Shown in pieces: positions 39,413-50,108 of a stretch of DNA of 64,000 nt. The notes under the pieces were generated by a model. That model saw only the letters and a program-made list of their open reading frames with translations, was not told where the DNA came from and searched no databases. Positions within the stretch are counted from its first letter, which is position 1; each line of letters opens with the position of its first letter. The position numbers and the translations under genes were made by a program. This DNA comes from Pseudomonadota bacterium (GTDB taxonomy: Bacteria > Pseudomonadota > Gammaproteobacteria > UBA1113): assembly GCA_021782495.1 (NCBI GenBank), contig JAJXUV010000001.1:182637-246636 (forward strand). Reading direction: 5' to 3'.

Positions 39413-39562
39413 GTACGAAAAAAACCAGATTTGGATGCGGATTGCGTGCAATTTTGAGTGGAAAAAGCGGAGTTTATAGAGACATAAATGAGTATTTTTC
39501 ACGTCTAAATTGGGCACAAGACGCGCCAAATAGGGACTTTTCTAGAGAAAGGCTGAGCTGTT
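39413..39562 (+). repeat. Dispersed repeat-B, short copy, directly upstream of hfq
   Basis: Aligns with the reverse complement of 36721-36965. Its internal hairpin has decayed. It produces the artefactual N-terminal extension of the hfq ORF in the track. Confidence 0.7.
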
Positions 39563-39594
39563 ACAGAGAAACACAAAAACACAAGGAGAATGTC

Positions 39595-39870
39595 ATGTCA
39601 AAAGGGCAATCATTACAAGACCCTTTCTTAAATGCATTACGTAAAGATAGAGTGCCTGTTTCTATCTATTTAGTCAATGGGATCAAACTACAAGGACAAG
39701 TTGAGGCCTTTGATCAATTTGTGATATTGTTAAAAAACTCTATCAGTCAATTGGTCTATAAGCATGCTATTTCAACTGTCGTGCCAGCACGTCCGGTGAA
39801 TTTAAACGGTAGCCAAACAGCCACCGCTTCTACGACCGAAACCACGCAAGAAGAAGGGGGATACGAATAG
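39595..39870 (+). CDS. hfq: RNA chaperone Hfq
   Basis: [47 protein letters not shown]m motifs. RBS aaggag at 39583. Followed by hflX. Confidence 0.95.
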   Translation: MSKGQSLQDPFLNALRKDRVPVSIYLVNGIKLQGQVEAFDQFVILLKNSISQLVYKHAISTVVPARPVNLNGSQTATASTTETTQEEGGYE

Positions 39871-39937
39871 TCTTCCCTTTTCATCAACTAGGGTGGGCCA
39901 CGCTCACCTTAGTTTGCAATTATAGAAGGTATCATTC

Positions 39938-41017
39938 TTGACAACAAACCCATTCGCACTCCTCATTCACGTTAATTTTCACGACGCAGAAAAAAGTGAA
40001 GATTTAGAAGAATTTAAATTACTCACTCTATCCAGCGGTTTAACGCCTCGCCACATTGTGCAAACGTCTCGCACCAAACCCACCGCCAAATATTTTATAG
40101 GCACGGGGAAATTATTGGAAATACAAAACCTACTAAATCAGGAGCCTGTTTCTGTAGTTTTGGTGAATCACAATTTATCGCCCGCACAAAGTAGAAATTT
40201 GGAACAAGCCCTACAATGTCGCGTGATCGATCGCACCGAATTGATCTTAGACATCTTTGCACAACGCGCTCGCACTTTTGAAGGGATGTTACAAGTAGAA
40301 TTAGCGCAATTAAAGCATTTGTCAACGCGCCTAGTCCGCGGCTGGACCCATTTAGAACGACAAAAAGGCGGTATCGGTTTAAGAGGCCCGGGCGAATCGC
40401 AGTTAGAAACAGACAGGCGATTGATACGAAATCGCATTGCCACCATCAACAAACGTTTGGAAAAAGTAGTCGAACAACGCAATCAAAATAGACAAGCACG
40501 GCAGCACCACGGTATGCCCTGTATTGCGTTGATAGGCTACACCAATGCAGGAAAATCAACACTGTTTAATCGTTTAACAAAAAGCGATGCTTATGTGGCC
40601 GATCAATTGTTTGCGACCTTAGATCCCACTTCACGTCGTTGCTACATTCCCGAATTAGGCAATGTGATCATGATAGACACCGTCGGGTTTATTCGGCATT
40701 TGCCGCCGGATTTGGTCAAAGCCTTTAAAGCCACTTTGGAAGAAACCTTGCAAGCCGATTTACTCTTGCACGTCATAGACAGACACGATTCGAAACGCCA
40801 TGAACACAAAGAAGCGGTATTGGCCATCCTGCAAGAACTCGGCGCAGACAACATTCCGATCTTACAAGTAAATAATAAATTAGATTTATTACCTGAATTA
40901 GAACCGAGCATTCAATACGATATAGATGGAATGCCGATTAAAGTACAAATCTCTAGCTACAGTGGTGCAGGAATACCACTATTATATGAAGCATTGAAAA
41001 ATTGTTTGCGCAAATAA
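39938..41017 (+). CDS. hflX: GTPase HflX
   Basis: G1 motif GYTNAGKSTLFN and DTVGFI, in the hfq-hflX arrangement. Confidence 0.9.
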   Translation: MTTNPFALLIHVNFHDAEKSEDLEEFKLLTLSSGLTPRHIVQTSRTKPTAKYFIGTGKLLEIQNLLNQEPVSVVLVNHNLSPAQSRNLEQALQCRVIDRTELILDIFAQRARTFEGMLQVELAQLKHLSTRLVRGWTHLERQKGGIGLRGPGESQLETDRRLIRNRIATINKRLEKVVEQRNQNRQARQHHGMPCIALIGYTNAGKSTLFNRLTKSDAYVADQLFATLDPTSRRCYIPELGNVIMIDTVGFIRHLPPDLVKAFKATLEETLQADLLLHVIDRHDSKRHEHKEAVLAILQELGADNIPILQVNNKLDLLPELEPSIQYDIDGMPIKVQISSYSGAGIPLLYEALKNCLRK

Positions 41018-41023
41018 TAGGGC

Positions 41024-41752
41024 CTAAAGGTCTCCTAAGCAATACTGCAAAACAGACAAGGTCGTAATCGTCGCAGTTTCAGTACGTAAAATACGAGGCC
41101 CTAAAACAATGGCGTTTAATCCAGCCGCTAGCGCTTCTCGTTCTTCTTGTGCGCTAAATCCTCCTTCACACCCTATAAACAAAGCCACCGATTTTGGCTT
41201 TTCAGACAATAGGGTTTTATAGGAGGTTTTGGCTTGAGGCGATAAAAACAAACGCTGTTCTGCTTGGACGCTTTGTATCGCTTGCCTAAAAGAAAGAATA
41301 GGATTTAAGCGAGTTAAAACCGCACGGCCCGACTGTTGCGTGGCGCTGATGATAATTTTTTTCCAATGTTCTTCTTTTTTGTGAAACTGTTCTTCACGGT
41401 GTTTGATATTGGAAAAATCGGTTATTATCGGCGTTATTTCTGTGACACCCAGTTCAACTGCTTTTTGCAAACTGAAATCCATGCGATCTTTTCTGGAAAT
41501 CGCTTGTACCAAATGCAAAGCCACAGGAGATTCGCAGTTGACATGATAAGATTGTTGTAATTCTATAGTCACATTTTTTTTAGAAATTTGCTTGACGGCT
41601 CCTTCATATTCAAGCCCATTGCCATTAAAAACAATCACTTTCGCTTCTAATTTGACACGCAATACATGCGCCAGATGGTGCGAAGCGTCTTCGTCTAAAA
41701 TACAATCGCCTAAAGACAACAGCTGATTTTGATAAAATCTGGAAATAGACAT
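41024..41752 (-). CDS. rsmE: 16S rRNA (uracil1498-N3)-methyltransferase RsmE
   Basis: 242 aa with a PUA-like N-terminus and an SPOUT C-terminus (LFIGCEGGFS...). Confidence 0.82.
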   Translation of the reverse strand: MSISRFYQNQLLSLGDCILDEDASHHLAHVLRVKLEAKVIVFNGNGLEYEGAVKQISKKNVTIELQQSYHVNCESPVALHLVQAISRKDRMDFSLQKAVELGVTEITPIITDFSNIKHREEQFHKKEEHWKKIIISATQQSGRAVLTRLNPILSFRQAIQSVQAEQRLFLSPQAKTSYKTLLSEKPKSVALFIGCEGGFSAQEEREALAAGLNAIVLGPRILRTETATITTLSVLQYCLGDL

Positions 41753-41797
41753 AAGACCCTCTATACTTTACACAACAAACGGTTTATTATAATACGC

Positions 41798-42547
41798 ATG
41801 ATGGAATCCACTCAAGTCACACCAATGCCGCTCTGGCCACCGATGTACACGGTGAAAAAAAGCACTCGCTCCAAACAAGTTCGTTTGAGTATACACCCCC
41901 ACACGGGTCTAACCATTCATTTGCCACATAGATCGAAATATTCTGTCGATATAGAATCGCTGCTCATTAAAAAAAAATCCTGGATTTTAAAACATTTAGC
42001 CTCACTGCCACCCCCATCGCTTCGAGAACAAATCGCTTTGCCTGCTGCTTTGGATTTAAAAGCCATCGATGAAACCTGGCAAATAGAGTACAAATTTAAT
42101 TGCACTAAGCCCAGTTTATTTGCGGCTCCAGGGTTTAGATTGGTTGTGCTGGACAAAGCCCCCAATTTAACATGCAGCCTTCGGTTGTTACACACTTGGC
42201 TTAAAAGGCAAGCCGAAACGCATTTGGCTCCTTGGTTAAGTCAATTGAGTTTGAAACACAATCTTCCCTTTAATAAAGTTCAAATTCGCCATCAAAAAAC
42301 CTTATGGGGCAGTTGTTCTTCCGCACACAACATACAATTGAATTATAAACTTCTCTTTTTACCCCGAAATTTAGCTGAACATGTTTTATTACACGAACTA
42401 AGCCATACCAAGCATTTAAATCACAGCCGGTCTTTTTGGCGTTTATTAAGTCAATGCGATCCGAATTGTGCACAGCACAATTCGGCCTTAAGGAATATAG
42501 AAAGTGAATTACCCGCATGGCTATATACAGAGAGACTTCCCCGATGA
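41798..42547 (+). CDS. YgjP/SprT-like M48-family metal-dependent hydrolase (DUF45)
   Basis: HELSHTKHLNHS HExxH motif. Start refined to ATG 41798. Confidence 0.72.
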   Translation: MMESTQVTPMPLWPPMYTVKKSTRSKQVRLSIHPHTGLTIHLPHRSKYSVDIESLLIKKKSWILKHLASLPPPSLREQIALPAALDLKAIDETWQIEYKFNCTKPSLFAAPGFRLVVLDKAPNLTCSLRLLHTWLKRQAETHLAPWLSQLSLKHNLPFNKVQIRHQKTLWGSCSSAHNIQLNYKLLFLPRNLAEHVLLHELSHTKHLNHSRSFWRLLSQCDPNCAQHNSALRNIESELPAWLYTERLPR

Positions 42548-43086
42548 TGACATTTCAAAAAGTTACCGAAGAACACAAAGAAATCATTTTAAAATGGTTC
42601 CAAGAAGAACACGTCAAAGCATTTTTTTATGCGGATGGATTAAAAAGCACTTTGAATAACCTCGATCTCTTTTGTGAAGGCATTGATAACAATGGTCGCT
42701 ACACTTTTTACCACTGGATAGCTTTCTACGACGACATTCCTTTTGCTTTTATCATGACCTCGCCTTTGAAAGGGCCTTACGATTCCGAAGACGATTATGA
42801 TAAATGGTATCGAGAAGGTAAAAAAACCGTTACCTTAGACCTTTTAATCGGCAACAAAGCTTTTTTAGGAAAAGGCCTCGCACATTTAATGATACAGCAA
42901 TTTATACTCAGTCAATATTCTGACGCCGATTTTTTTATTATCGATCCGGAACTTGCTAATACTAAAGCCATTCGTGTTTACGAAAAAGCCGGTTTCAAAA
43001 AAGCAGAAACATTCTGCCCTTCTGCCAATCCAAAATCACATCTCATGATGTATCTTGACGTGCGGAGATTAAAAGTCATTGAATAA
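42517..43086 (+). CDS. GNAT family N-acetyltransferase
   Basis: 189 aa, motif A LIGNKAFLGKGLAHLM. Confidence 0.6.
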   Translation: MAIYRETSPMMTFQKVTEEHKEIILKWFQEEHVKAFFYADGLKSTLNNLDLFCEGIDNNGRYTFYHWIAFYDDIPFAFIMTSPLKGPYDSEDDYDKWYREGKKTVTLDLLIGNKAFLGKGLAHLMIQQFILSQYSDADFFIIDPELANTKAIRVYEKAGFKKAETFCPSANPKSHLMMYLDVRRLKVIE

Positions 43087-43164
43087 TCCGAAGACATTAG
43101 GCGGTTCTTTTTAAATCCATAACAACTTCAATTTGTACATTAAGTCCATTCCCGCCAAAAATAC

Positions 43165-44685
43165 CTAAGACTCTCCTGCCATCTGCACCGTTTGATAGAC
43201 AAAAGCCTCCGCCAAATGTGCTTCTTCTATCTGCTCAGAATCCGCCAAATCGGCGATAGTGCGCGCTAATTTTAAAATCCGATGGTAACTGCGCGCCGAC
43301 AAACGCCGTGCTTCGACCATTTTTATAGCGTAGTTCTGCAAAGCATCTGTCAATTGACAATACTGCACCAAATCTTGATGGCTTAAATGGGCATTGACTT
43401 GTTGTTGTCGTTGATATTGCTGTGCACGCGCTGCGACTACGCGTGCTTGTACGACTTGACTGCTTTCAACAGGTTCTCGGTGATTTAATAAAATGTGGGG
43501 CGGCAATTGCGCGACGATAATACGCATGTCTATTCTATCTAAAAAAGGTCCAGATAAGCGTTGATGATACCGCTGAATTTGCTCAGAGCTGCAATGACAA
43601 TTTCCCAGGGGATTGCCATAATGCCCACAAGGACAAGGATTCATCGCGGCAATCAATTGAAATTGGGCGGGGAATTTTGCTTGTTGCGCGGCTCTGGAAA
43701 TGATCACTTCGCCCGACTCCAAAGGTTCGCGCAAAGATTCTAAAACACGGCGTTGAAATTCAGGCAATTCATCTAAAAACAAAACACCTTGATGTGCCAA
43801 AGAAATTTCTCCCGGTTTGGGTGGAGATCCACCACCTACCAAAGCCACACTCGATGCTGTGTGATGCGGCGCTCTGAAAGGTCTACAAAACCATTGCTGG
43901 CGTATTGCAGTGTGTCCTTGCAAACTGTATATTGCCGCTACTTCTAAGGTTTCTTCTTGCGTCATCGGTGGTAAAATACCGGCCAATCGATGCGCCAACA
44001 TCGTTTTACCTGTTCCGGGTGGTCCGACCATCAATACACTGTGTTCTCCTGCTGCGGCAATTTCTAAAGCACGCCGCGCTTGATCTTGTCCCTTGACATC
44101 ACTCAAATCTTTTTCTCTTTCTTGAATGCGTTTAACCGGTGTGATGATCACTTTGTTTAAAGGGCTCAGATGTTCACAAAAATGCGCGCACACGTCCAAT
44201 AAGTGCTTGGCAGAATAGGCCTCTAAATTAGCCACACAACTGACTTCTAAGGCATTATCACTCGGTAAAATGAGGATTTTATCGGCTTTTTGACTTTGTA
44301 TGGCAAAGGGAATAAGACCCACCGTTGAACGAAGTTCGCCCGACAAAGCCAATTCACCAGCAAATTCATAGGGCGTGTAATCGTGTTTTTTTAATTGTTC
44401 AGACGCAATCAAGATACTCAAAGCAATGGCCAAATCGTATCGACCACCTTCTTTGGGCATATCCGCAGGGGCTAAATTCACCGTAATGCGCCGTGCAGGA
44501 AATTCAAATTTACTGTTGAGAATCGCGCTGCGCACCCGTTCGCGACTTTCTCGTACGGCTGCTTCCGGCAATCCAACGATGTGAAATCGCGGCACGCCGC
44601 CTGTGATGTGTGTTTCTACCGTGACAGGTGGCGCTTGTACGCCTATTTGTGCCCGCGAAAATAAAATAGCCAATCCCATAACCAT
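43165..44685 (-). CDS. comM: YifB/ComM family Mg-chelatase-like AAA+ ATPase
   Basis: 506 aa. Lon-like N-domain, Walker A VLMVGPPGTGKTMLA, C-terminal ChlI-like region. Confidence 0.9.
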   Translation of the reverse strand: MVMGLAILFSRAQIGVQAPPVTVETHITGGVPRFHIVGLPEAAVRESRERVRSAILNSKFEFPARRITVNLAPADMPKEGGRYDLAIALSILIASEQLKKHDYTPYEFAGELALSGELRSTVGLIPFAIQSQKADKILILPSDNALEVSCVANLEAYSAKHLLDVCAHFCEHLSPLNKVIITPVKRIQEREKDLSDVKGQDQARRALEIAAAGEHSVLMVGPPGTGKTMLAHRLAGILPPMTQEETLEVAAIYSLQGHTAIRQQWFCRPFRAPHHTASSVALVGGGSPPKPGEISLAHQGVLFLDELPEFQRRVLESLREPLESGEVIISRAAQQAKFPAQFQLIAAMNPCPCGHYGNPLGNCHCSSEQIQRYHQRLSGPFLDRIDMRIIVAQLPPHILLNHREPVESSQVVQARVVAARAQQYQRQQQVNAHLSHQDLVQYCQLTDALQNYAIKMVEARRLSARSYHRILKLARTIADLADSEQIEEAHLAEAFVYQTVQMAGES

Positions 44686-44746
44686 ATCCCCCTTAAATGT
44701 ATGTTTGTGGGGGAATAAGGCCTCGTGGCGGTATTTATCTTCTTCA

Positions 44747-44998
44747 TTATTTCTTCGATTTCTTTTCTTCTAATTGTTCAACTTGTTCAATCAAATCTTC
44801 TAATTTTAAGCGCGTTCTGTTTAATACTTTTACCTGCACATCGAATTCTTCTCGAGTGACTAAATCTAATTTAGCAAAAGCACCTTGCAAAATGCTGTTA
44901 AAGTTCTTTTGCAAATCCTTTTTTAGGCCATGCACACTGTCTGGCAAAACATCGCTTAATTTTTTAGCAATGTCATCAAGAAATTGTGAATCAAACAT
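44747..44998 (-). CDS. ubiK: Ubiquinone biosynthesis accessory factor UbiK (YqiC/BMFP family)
   Basis: 83 aa with a coiled coil and a conserved LTREEFDVQ core. Confidence 0.75.
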   Translation of the reverse strand: MFDSQFLDDIAKKLSDVLPDSVHGLKKDLQKNFNSILQGAFAKLDLVTREEFDVQVKVLNRTRLKLEDLIEQVEQLEEKKSKK

Positions 44999-45141
44999 AA
45001 TGGCTCCTGCGTTTGAACTATACGATATTTATCTTGGAACTTCAAGTTTCGTCACTGAGCCTATAATTATAACCGCACCGCTCCCTCACGGTCGCGGCTC
45101 GGTTATCCCAGTGCGTTTAACTTGTACTTAGGTTATTATAG

Positions 45142-45510
<369 letters not shown>

Positions 45511-45515
45511 GACCT

Positions 45516-45560
45516 GCTTACAATTCTACTATGCGTAGCGAATTGTAAACAGGCCCTATT
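45516..45560. terminator. Stem-loop between convergent glnB and lptM (bidirectional terminator candidate)
   Basis: cctgcttacaattc-13 nt-gaattgtaaacagg, a 14-bp imperfect inverted repeat. Confidence 0.4.
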
Positions 45561-45562
45561 TC

Positions 45563-45808
45563 TTATTGTACTGTTCCGGGAGGATCCTTATCATCTCCTC
45601 CTAGAGGCGCGCTATTTTCATCCGGCGCTGTGCTATCGTCGGCGGTGTCTGCCACACCCGCAGAAGTAGTATTGGGTTTTTGAGAATCGCCCAATATAAA
45701 TTCATCTTTTTTATGAACGCCCGTTGCTTTTCCCGGCATATAGAGTGGCCCCGTTTGACCACAAGCGGACAATAAAACACTCAATAAAAACAAGCAGGCG
45801 ATTTTCAT
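45563..45808 (-). CDS. lptM: Small lipoprotein LptM/YifL-like
   Basis: Lipobox LLSACGQTGPLYMPG, identical in layout to the YifL N-terminus (CG.KGPLY.P), 81 aa. Confidence 0.7.
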   Translation of the reverse strand: MKIACLFLLSVLLSACGQTGPLYMPGKATGVHKKDEFILGDSQKPNTTSAGVADTADDSTAPDENSAPLGGDDKDPPGTVQ

Positions 45809-45876
45809 TTTTTATGACTCTTTGTAAAGAATGTATTATACTGTCCTCTGAACATAAAGTCACGAAGGACAAACAC

Positions 45877-46548
45877 ATGGCTACCTTATTAAAACACATC
45901 GTTTTAGAACCTGAATCCGCTGCTCTAGCCAGCATTATATGGTTTCACGGTCTCGGCGCCGACGGCCATGATTTTGTCCCGATTGTGCCACGATTGGCAC
46001 TGCCGTCTACTTTGCCAATACGCTTTATATTTCCCCACGCACCTGTTATGCCAGTGAGTATCAATGGCGGTTATTCCATGCCCGCTTGGTTTGACATCAC
46101 AAGCCTAGCCCCACTGGCCATCGATGAAAAAGGCTTAAATGCCGCGATACAGGCAACGCACGATTTAATTCAGGCTGAAATCGAAAAGGGCATTTCCCCC
46201 GAACACCTTATTTTAGCGGGTTTTTCTCAAGGCGGTGCGGTGGCTTTATCGGCAGCGCTCAGCTATTCAAACACTTTAGGCGGTGTCATCGCACTTTCTA
46301 CTTTTATGCCAGCAACACGATTTCCGAATCCCTGTCCCAATCGATTTCCGATTTTTATGGCACACGGAATATTAGACGATGTGGTCCTCATGCCGCTAGG
46401 GGAACAAACTTTTCAATTGTTTCAACAACAGGGCTTTAACATCACTTGGAAAGAATACACCATGGCACACGAAGTTTGTCAGCATGAGATTGAAGATATT
46501 TCCGCGTGGTTACAAAGACAATTGGCTAGTCGGTTTGTTTCTCTATAA
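45877..46548 (+). CDS. Alpha/beta-hydrolase carboxylesterase (phospholipase/carboxylesterase family)
   Basis: IWFHGLGADGHDF and GFSQGGAVAL (GxSxG) motifs. Start refined to ATG 45877 (MATLLKHIV...). Confidence 0.8.
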   Translation: MATLLKHIVLEPESAALASIIWFHGLGADGHDFVPIVPRLALPSTLPIRFIFPHAPVMPVSINGGYSMPAWFDITSLAPLAIDEKGLNAAIQATHDLIQAEIEKGISPEHLILAGFSQGGAVALSAALSYSNTLGGVIALSTFMPATRFPNPCPNRFPIFMAHGILDDVVLMPLGEQTFQLFQQQGFNITWKEYTMAHEVCQHEIEDISAWLQRQLASRFVSL

Positions 46549-47314
46549 AAGATTCTATCAACTTTCTGGAAATACTGATGCTGGAACGCGGCAACCCCGG
46601 CAAATTGTCCGCTCGATACCATCCTGCAGATTCTAATTCACCATCGCGTAAATTGATTTCACCGCTGGCATAATCGGCGGTAAAGGCAATCATGAGGGAA
46701 TCGGGAAAAGGCCAGGGTTGAGAGTCAAAATACTGGATATTTTTTACTTCTAAGCCGACTTCTTCAGAGACTTCTCTTTCCACGGTTTGTTCTAAGCTTT
46801 CACCCACCTCTACAAAACCCGCAATTAAACCATAGACATTGGGTAGAAAATCTGCTTTGCGCGCCAATAAAACTTCATTGTCTTTGCGAATCAACACAAT
46901 AATCGAAGGCGAAATCCGCGGATAAAAAAGTAAATGACAAGAAGGACATTGTTTTTCAAAACCCGTCGTATTTTTTTGTGTAGGCGTTCCACAATGACCA
47001 CAATAACGATGGTTTTTATCCCAATGTAATACTTGATGTGCGCGTACCAATAAGCCAAACCCTTCGGGAAACACGGCTTCTAAGGCTAGTCTTAAAGCTA
47101 CCCAGTGATAGGGCAAAGGCAATTCCTTCGGCCCACTCACTTCGATGACTTCAAAGGCGGTATTCTGATATTGCCCTAAGGGATACACACTTTGATTGGT
47201 ATTCAACCAATCAGGAACACTTTTAAGCGGCGGGATACTGTATCCCGTTTCTGTTTTTTCTAATAACACATGATCGCTACAATAATACAGTTTTTGTGTG
47301 ATGTCAGCACTCAT
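46526..47314 (-). CDS. nudC: NADH pyrophosphatase NudC (Nudix plus zinc ribbon)
   Basis: Zinc ribbon CGHCGTPT...CPSCH, Nudix box GFVEVGESLEQTVEREVSEEVG. Start refined to the internal Met (MSADITQ...). The longer track ORF reads into MITE-A. Confidence 0.8.
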   Translation of the reverse strand: MSADITQKLYYCSDHVLLEKTETGYSIPPLKSVPDWLNTNQSVYPLGQYQNTAFEVIEVSGPKELPLPYHWVALRLALEAVFPEGFGLLVRAHQVLHWDKNHRYCGHCGTPTQKNTTGFEKQCPSCHLLFYPRISPSIIVLIRKDNEVLLARKADFLPNVYGLIAGFVEVGESLEQTVEREVSEEVGLEVKNIQYFDSQPWPFPDSLMIAFTADYASGEINLRDGELESAGWYRADNLPGLPRSSISISRKLIESFIEKQTD

Positions 47315-47347
47315 TCCATTATCTCTCCTTTTGTTATCCTTCTCAAG

Positions 47348-47498
47348 AGGACCTGTTGACACTTGATTTATCGCCTGCAATCGGTCAAAATAGCAGCCAA
47401 TTTTCGTCAAATATAGCCCGATATTCTCCTCAAATTTCCTGCTATTTTGCCTCGATTCCCTCATTTTTCGCTTCGACAAATTAAATGTCAACAGGCCC
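47348..47498 (-). mobile_element. MITE-A copy (~150 bp, 15-bp terminal inverted repeats GGGCCTGTTGACATT)
   Basis: Bounded by (g)gacctgttgacactt and aaatgtcaacaggccc, internally ~85% identical to 50879-51039. The right TIR supplies the last codons and the stop (RAC*) of the MFS gene at 47488-48735. Confidence 0.75.
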
Positions 47499-48735
47499 TA
47501 GACAAACAACGTGTTTCCACAATGGCAAATTTTCCGATGAGTGCTGCGATGGCACAACTGATCGGTAAAATCAGCAAAGCATGTTGGTAGTTTTGTATCG
47601 AATATTGTGGAACACCCTCTAAGATACTGTGATCCCAACCATAACGCAAAAATATGCCCACCAAAGGTTGTGCAATAGCGCCGCTGATCACAATCAACAA
47701 ATTGTTCAAGCCCATGGTCGCACCTAAAAAACGATGTGGTGTAATATCGTTGATGACATTGAAACTGAGCGATTGCCCTGCCGTCGCCGCGCCAAATAAA
47801 AATAACATAACCAATAACCAGAATAAAGACATCGGCACAAACAATATCAACAAAGTGGTGACAACACCTAAGACGGCACCTCCCCACAAAGGAATATTGC
47901 GGCTGGCAATGCGCTCAGAAATCCAGCCCGCCAAAGGACTCCCCAAGCCCATGCCTATCCACACCATCGAACACGCCAAAGCAGCCATGGCTGTACTCAT
48001 TTGATAAAACTTTTGTAAAAAAGGAACACCCCATAAAGCGGCAAAACACACAATGGGTAAAAAGATAAAGAAAGCATACGCCCCTACGATCCAAATTTGC
48101 GCTTCAGAAAATATAAATTTTAAACGCACACTGGTTGGAATTTTTTCTTTGACTGTTTTTTTGGTATCAGCACCCGTGTAATCTCGCACAAAAAAATACG
48201 CTAATAAAGTCAGTAAATAGCCCACAATCGACAACCCTACCAAAGTACCGCGCCATCCAAAGGCATTCACCAACAAAGCGGCAGGGCCTTGGCCTAATAC
48301 GGCACCTGCACAGCCTAAAAATTGCGTCACGCCAACAACAATGAAAAAATATTTAGCTGCAAACCATTGTCTGCCTAAAAACAACAAACCGACATAAGCG
48401 CAGGCTGAACCCAAACCCGTTAGAAATCGCCCTACACTCAATAACCACACACTGTGCGCCGTGGCAATAAACGTAGTTCCTAAAGCACACACAAATATCG
48501 CCACTGCCAAAGTACGTTTAGACCCAAAATGATCAAAACAATAGCCACCGATCAATTGCATGGACGAATAAGAGTAATAATAGGCAGACAAAGCCGTACC
48601 AATCACCAGCGCATCGACTTCGAATTCTTTCATAAAAAATTGCGTCATCACGCTGGGGGAAACTTGCAAGGTAAATTCAAAAACCAAAAATAAGCCCGCA
48701 ATCGCGCAGACCCACAAACCGTATTTATAATTCAT
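47488..48735 (-). CDS. MFS transporter
   Basis: 415 aa, 12 TM, GRQ/GxLaDrfGrR-like motifs. The 3' end is embedded in the MITE-A TIR. Confidence 0.8.
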   Translation of the reverse strand: MNYKYGLWVCAIAGLFLVFEFTLQVSPSVMTQFFMKEFEVDALVIGTALSAYYYSYSSMQLIGGYCFDHFGSKRTLAVAIFVCALGTTFIATAHSVWLLSVGRFLTGLGSACAYVGLLFLGRQWFAAKYFFIVVGVTQFLGCAGAVLGQGPAALLVNAFGWRGTLVGLSIVGYLLTLLAYFFVRDYTGADTKKTVKEKIPTSVRLKFIFSEAQIWIVGAYAFFIFLPIVCFAALWGVPFLQKFYQMSTAMAALACSMVWIGMGLGSPLAGWISERIASRNIPLWGGAVLGVVTTLLILFVPMSLFWLLVMLFLFGAATAGQSLSFNVINDITPHRFLGATMGLNNLLIVISGAIAQPLVGIFLRYGWDHSILEGVPQYSIQNYQHALLILPISCAIAALIGKFAIVETRCLSRAC

Positions 48736-48745
48736 ACCTTAGCCC

Positions 48746-50107
48746 CTAGTCTAAATTCACTTTTTGCAAATAGGTCGGTATTTCGCAATGCCAACCCAAT
48801 TCTTTTTCAATTTTCGCTTTTAAAAATGCGGCGGCTTGCGGCTCGCCGTGAACCAAAAACATTTTAGAAGGTGCTCGTTCGAAGTGTTTGAGCCACTGTA
48901 AAATGTCGGCATAATCCGCGTGGGCAGAAGCACTGTTTAAACACTTCACCTGTGCTTTAATGGTAAATGTTTCTCCGTGGATTTTCAATTGGCGTTGGCC
49001 TTCCAACAAACTCGCGCCACGCGTACCACCTGCCTGATACCCAGTCATTAAAATGGTATTACGCGCATCCGGTGCCAGCGCTTTTAAGTGGTGCAAGATA
49101 CGGCCACCCGTCATCATTCCACTGGCAGAGACGATAATTTTAGACGGGCCGGGTTCATCCAAAGCTTTAGATTCTTCCACACTGTTCACATAGGAAGCCA
49201 CTTTACAAGCTATAGCACACTGATCTTGGCTTAAATGGGTTTCAGTAGTTGCATATTGACGCAACAATTGTGTGACATCCACTGCCATGGGGCTGTCTAA
49301 ATAAATGGGAATGTCGGGTATGCGTTTTTCCTCTTTTAATTGCGCTAAATAATACAAAATACTTTGCGCACGGCCCACAGCAAAAGCGGGGATCAACACG
49401 ATCCCACCGCGCTGAATTGTTTCCATCACCACGGCAGCAATACTGTCTTTGGGATCGGTTTTATCGTGTAAATGATTACCATAGGTAGATTCCAACACCA
49501 AATAATCCGTTTGTAACAGTATTTCAGGCGCTTTCATGACGGGATCGTTAAAACGGCCAATGTCGCCACTAAACAACAATCGCTTTCCGGCTGATTCGAC
49601 TTGCACGAAAGAAGCGCCTAATATATGCCCGGCTCTGCGCCAAGTGATTTCAACCTCAGGAACAATCGTATATCGTTTCGAAAAATCAACCGCCTTAAAT
49701 TGTTTTAAAGATTCTTTGACATCGGCTACTGTATACAGAGGTAAGGCCGGATGGTGTTTGCTATAACCGTGTCGATTCGCCAAGCGCGCATCTTCTTCTT
49801 GCAAATACCCACTGTCGAGTAACAATATACTACACAAATCGCAGGTCGCTTTGGTCGCATAAATCGATCCTTTGAAGCCTTGTTTGACCAATAGAGGGAT
49901 ATAACCTGAATGATCGATGTGCGCATGCGTTAAAACCACTGCGTCTATTTCTGCAGGCGCAAAAGGCAATCTCGCCCAATTGCGCAATCGCAATTCTTTG
50001 TACCCCTGAAACAAACCGCAATCTACTAAAATATGTTTATTTTTAAAAGTTAATAAATATTTTGATCCGGTGACTGTGCCTGTCGCCCCTAGAAATTGAA
50101 GTTGCAT
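48746..50107 (-). CDS. MBL-fold beta-CASP metallo-hydrolase (RNase J / CPSF-like RNA-processing nuclease)
   Basis: MBL motif VLTHAHIDHSGYIP, beta-CASP and RMMBL-like C-terminus, 453 aa. Confidence 0.75.
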   Translation of the reverse strand: MQLQFLGATGTVTGSKYLLTFKNKHILVDCGLFQGYKELRLRNWARLPFAPAEIDAVVLTHAHIDHSGYIPLLVKQGFKGSIYATKATCDLCSILLLDSGYLQEEDARLANRHGYSKHHPALPLYTVADVKESLKQFKAVDFSKRYTIVPEVEITWRRAGHILGASFVQVESAGKRLLFSGDIGRFNDPVMKAPEILLQTDYLVLESTYGNHLHDKTDPKDSIAAVVMETIQRGGIVLIPAFAVGRAQSILYYLAQLKEEKRIPDIPIYLDSPMAVDVTQLLRQYATTETHLSQDQCAIACKVASYVNSVEESKALDEPGPSKIIVSASGMMTGGRILHHLKALAPDARNTILMTGYQAGGTRGASLLEGQRQLKIHGETFTIKAQVKCLNSASAHADYADILQWLKHFERAPSKMFLVHGEPQAAAFLKAKIEKELGWHCEIPTYLQKVNLD

Positions 50108-50108
50108 T

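Noticed and set aside
44697..45131. 144-aa ORF antisense to ubiK extending into the ubiK-glnB intergenic region
   Set aside because: Low-complexity, Cys/Ser/Phe-rich translation with no start signals. Shadow of ubiK plus promoter region.
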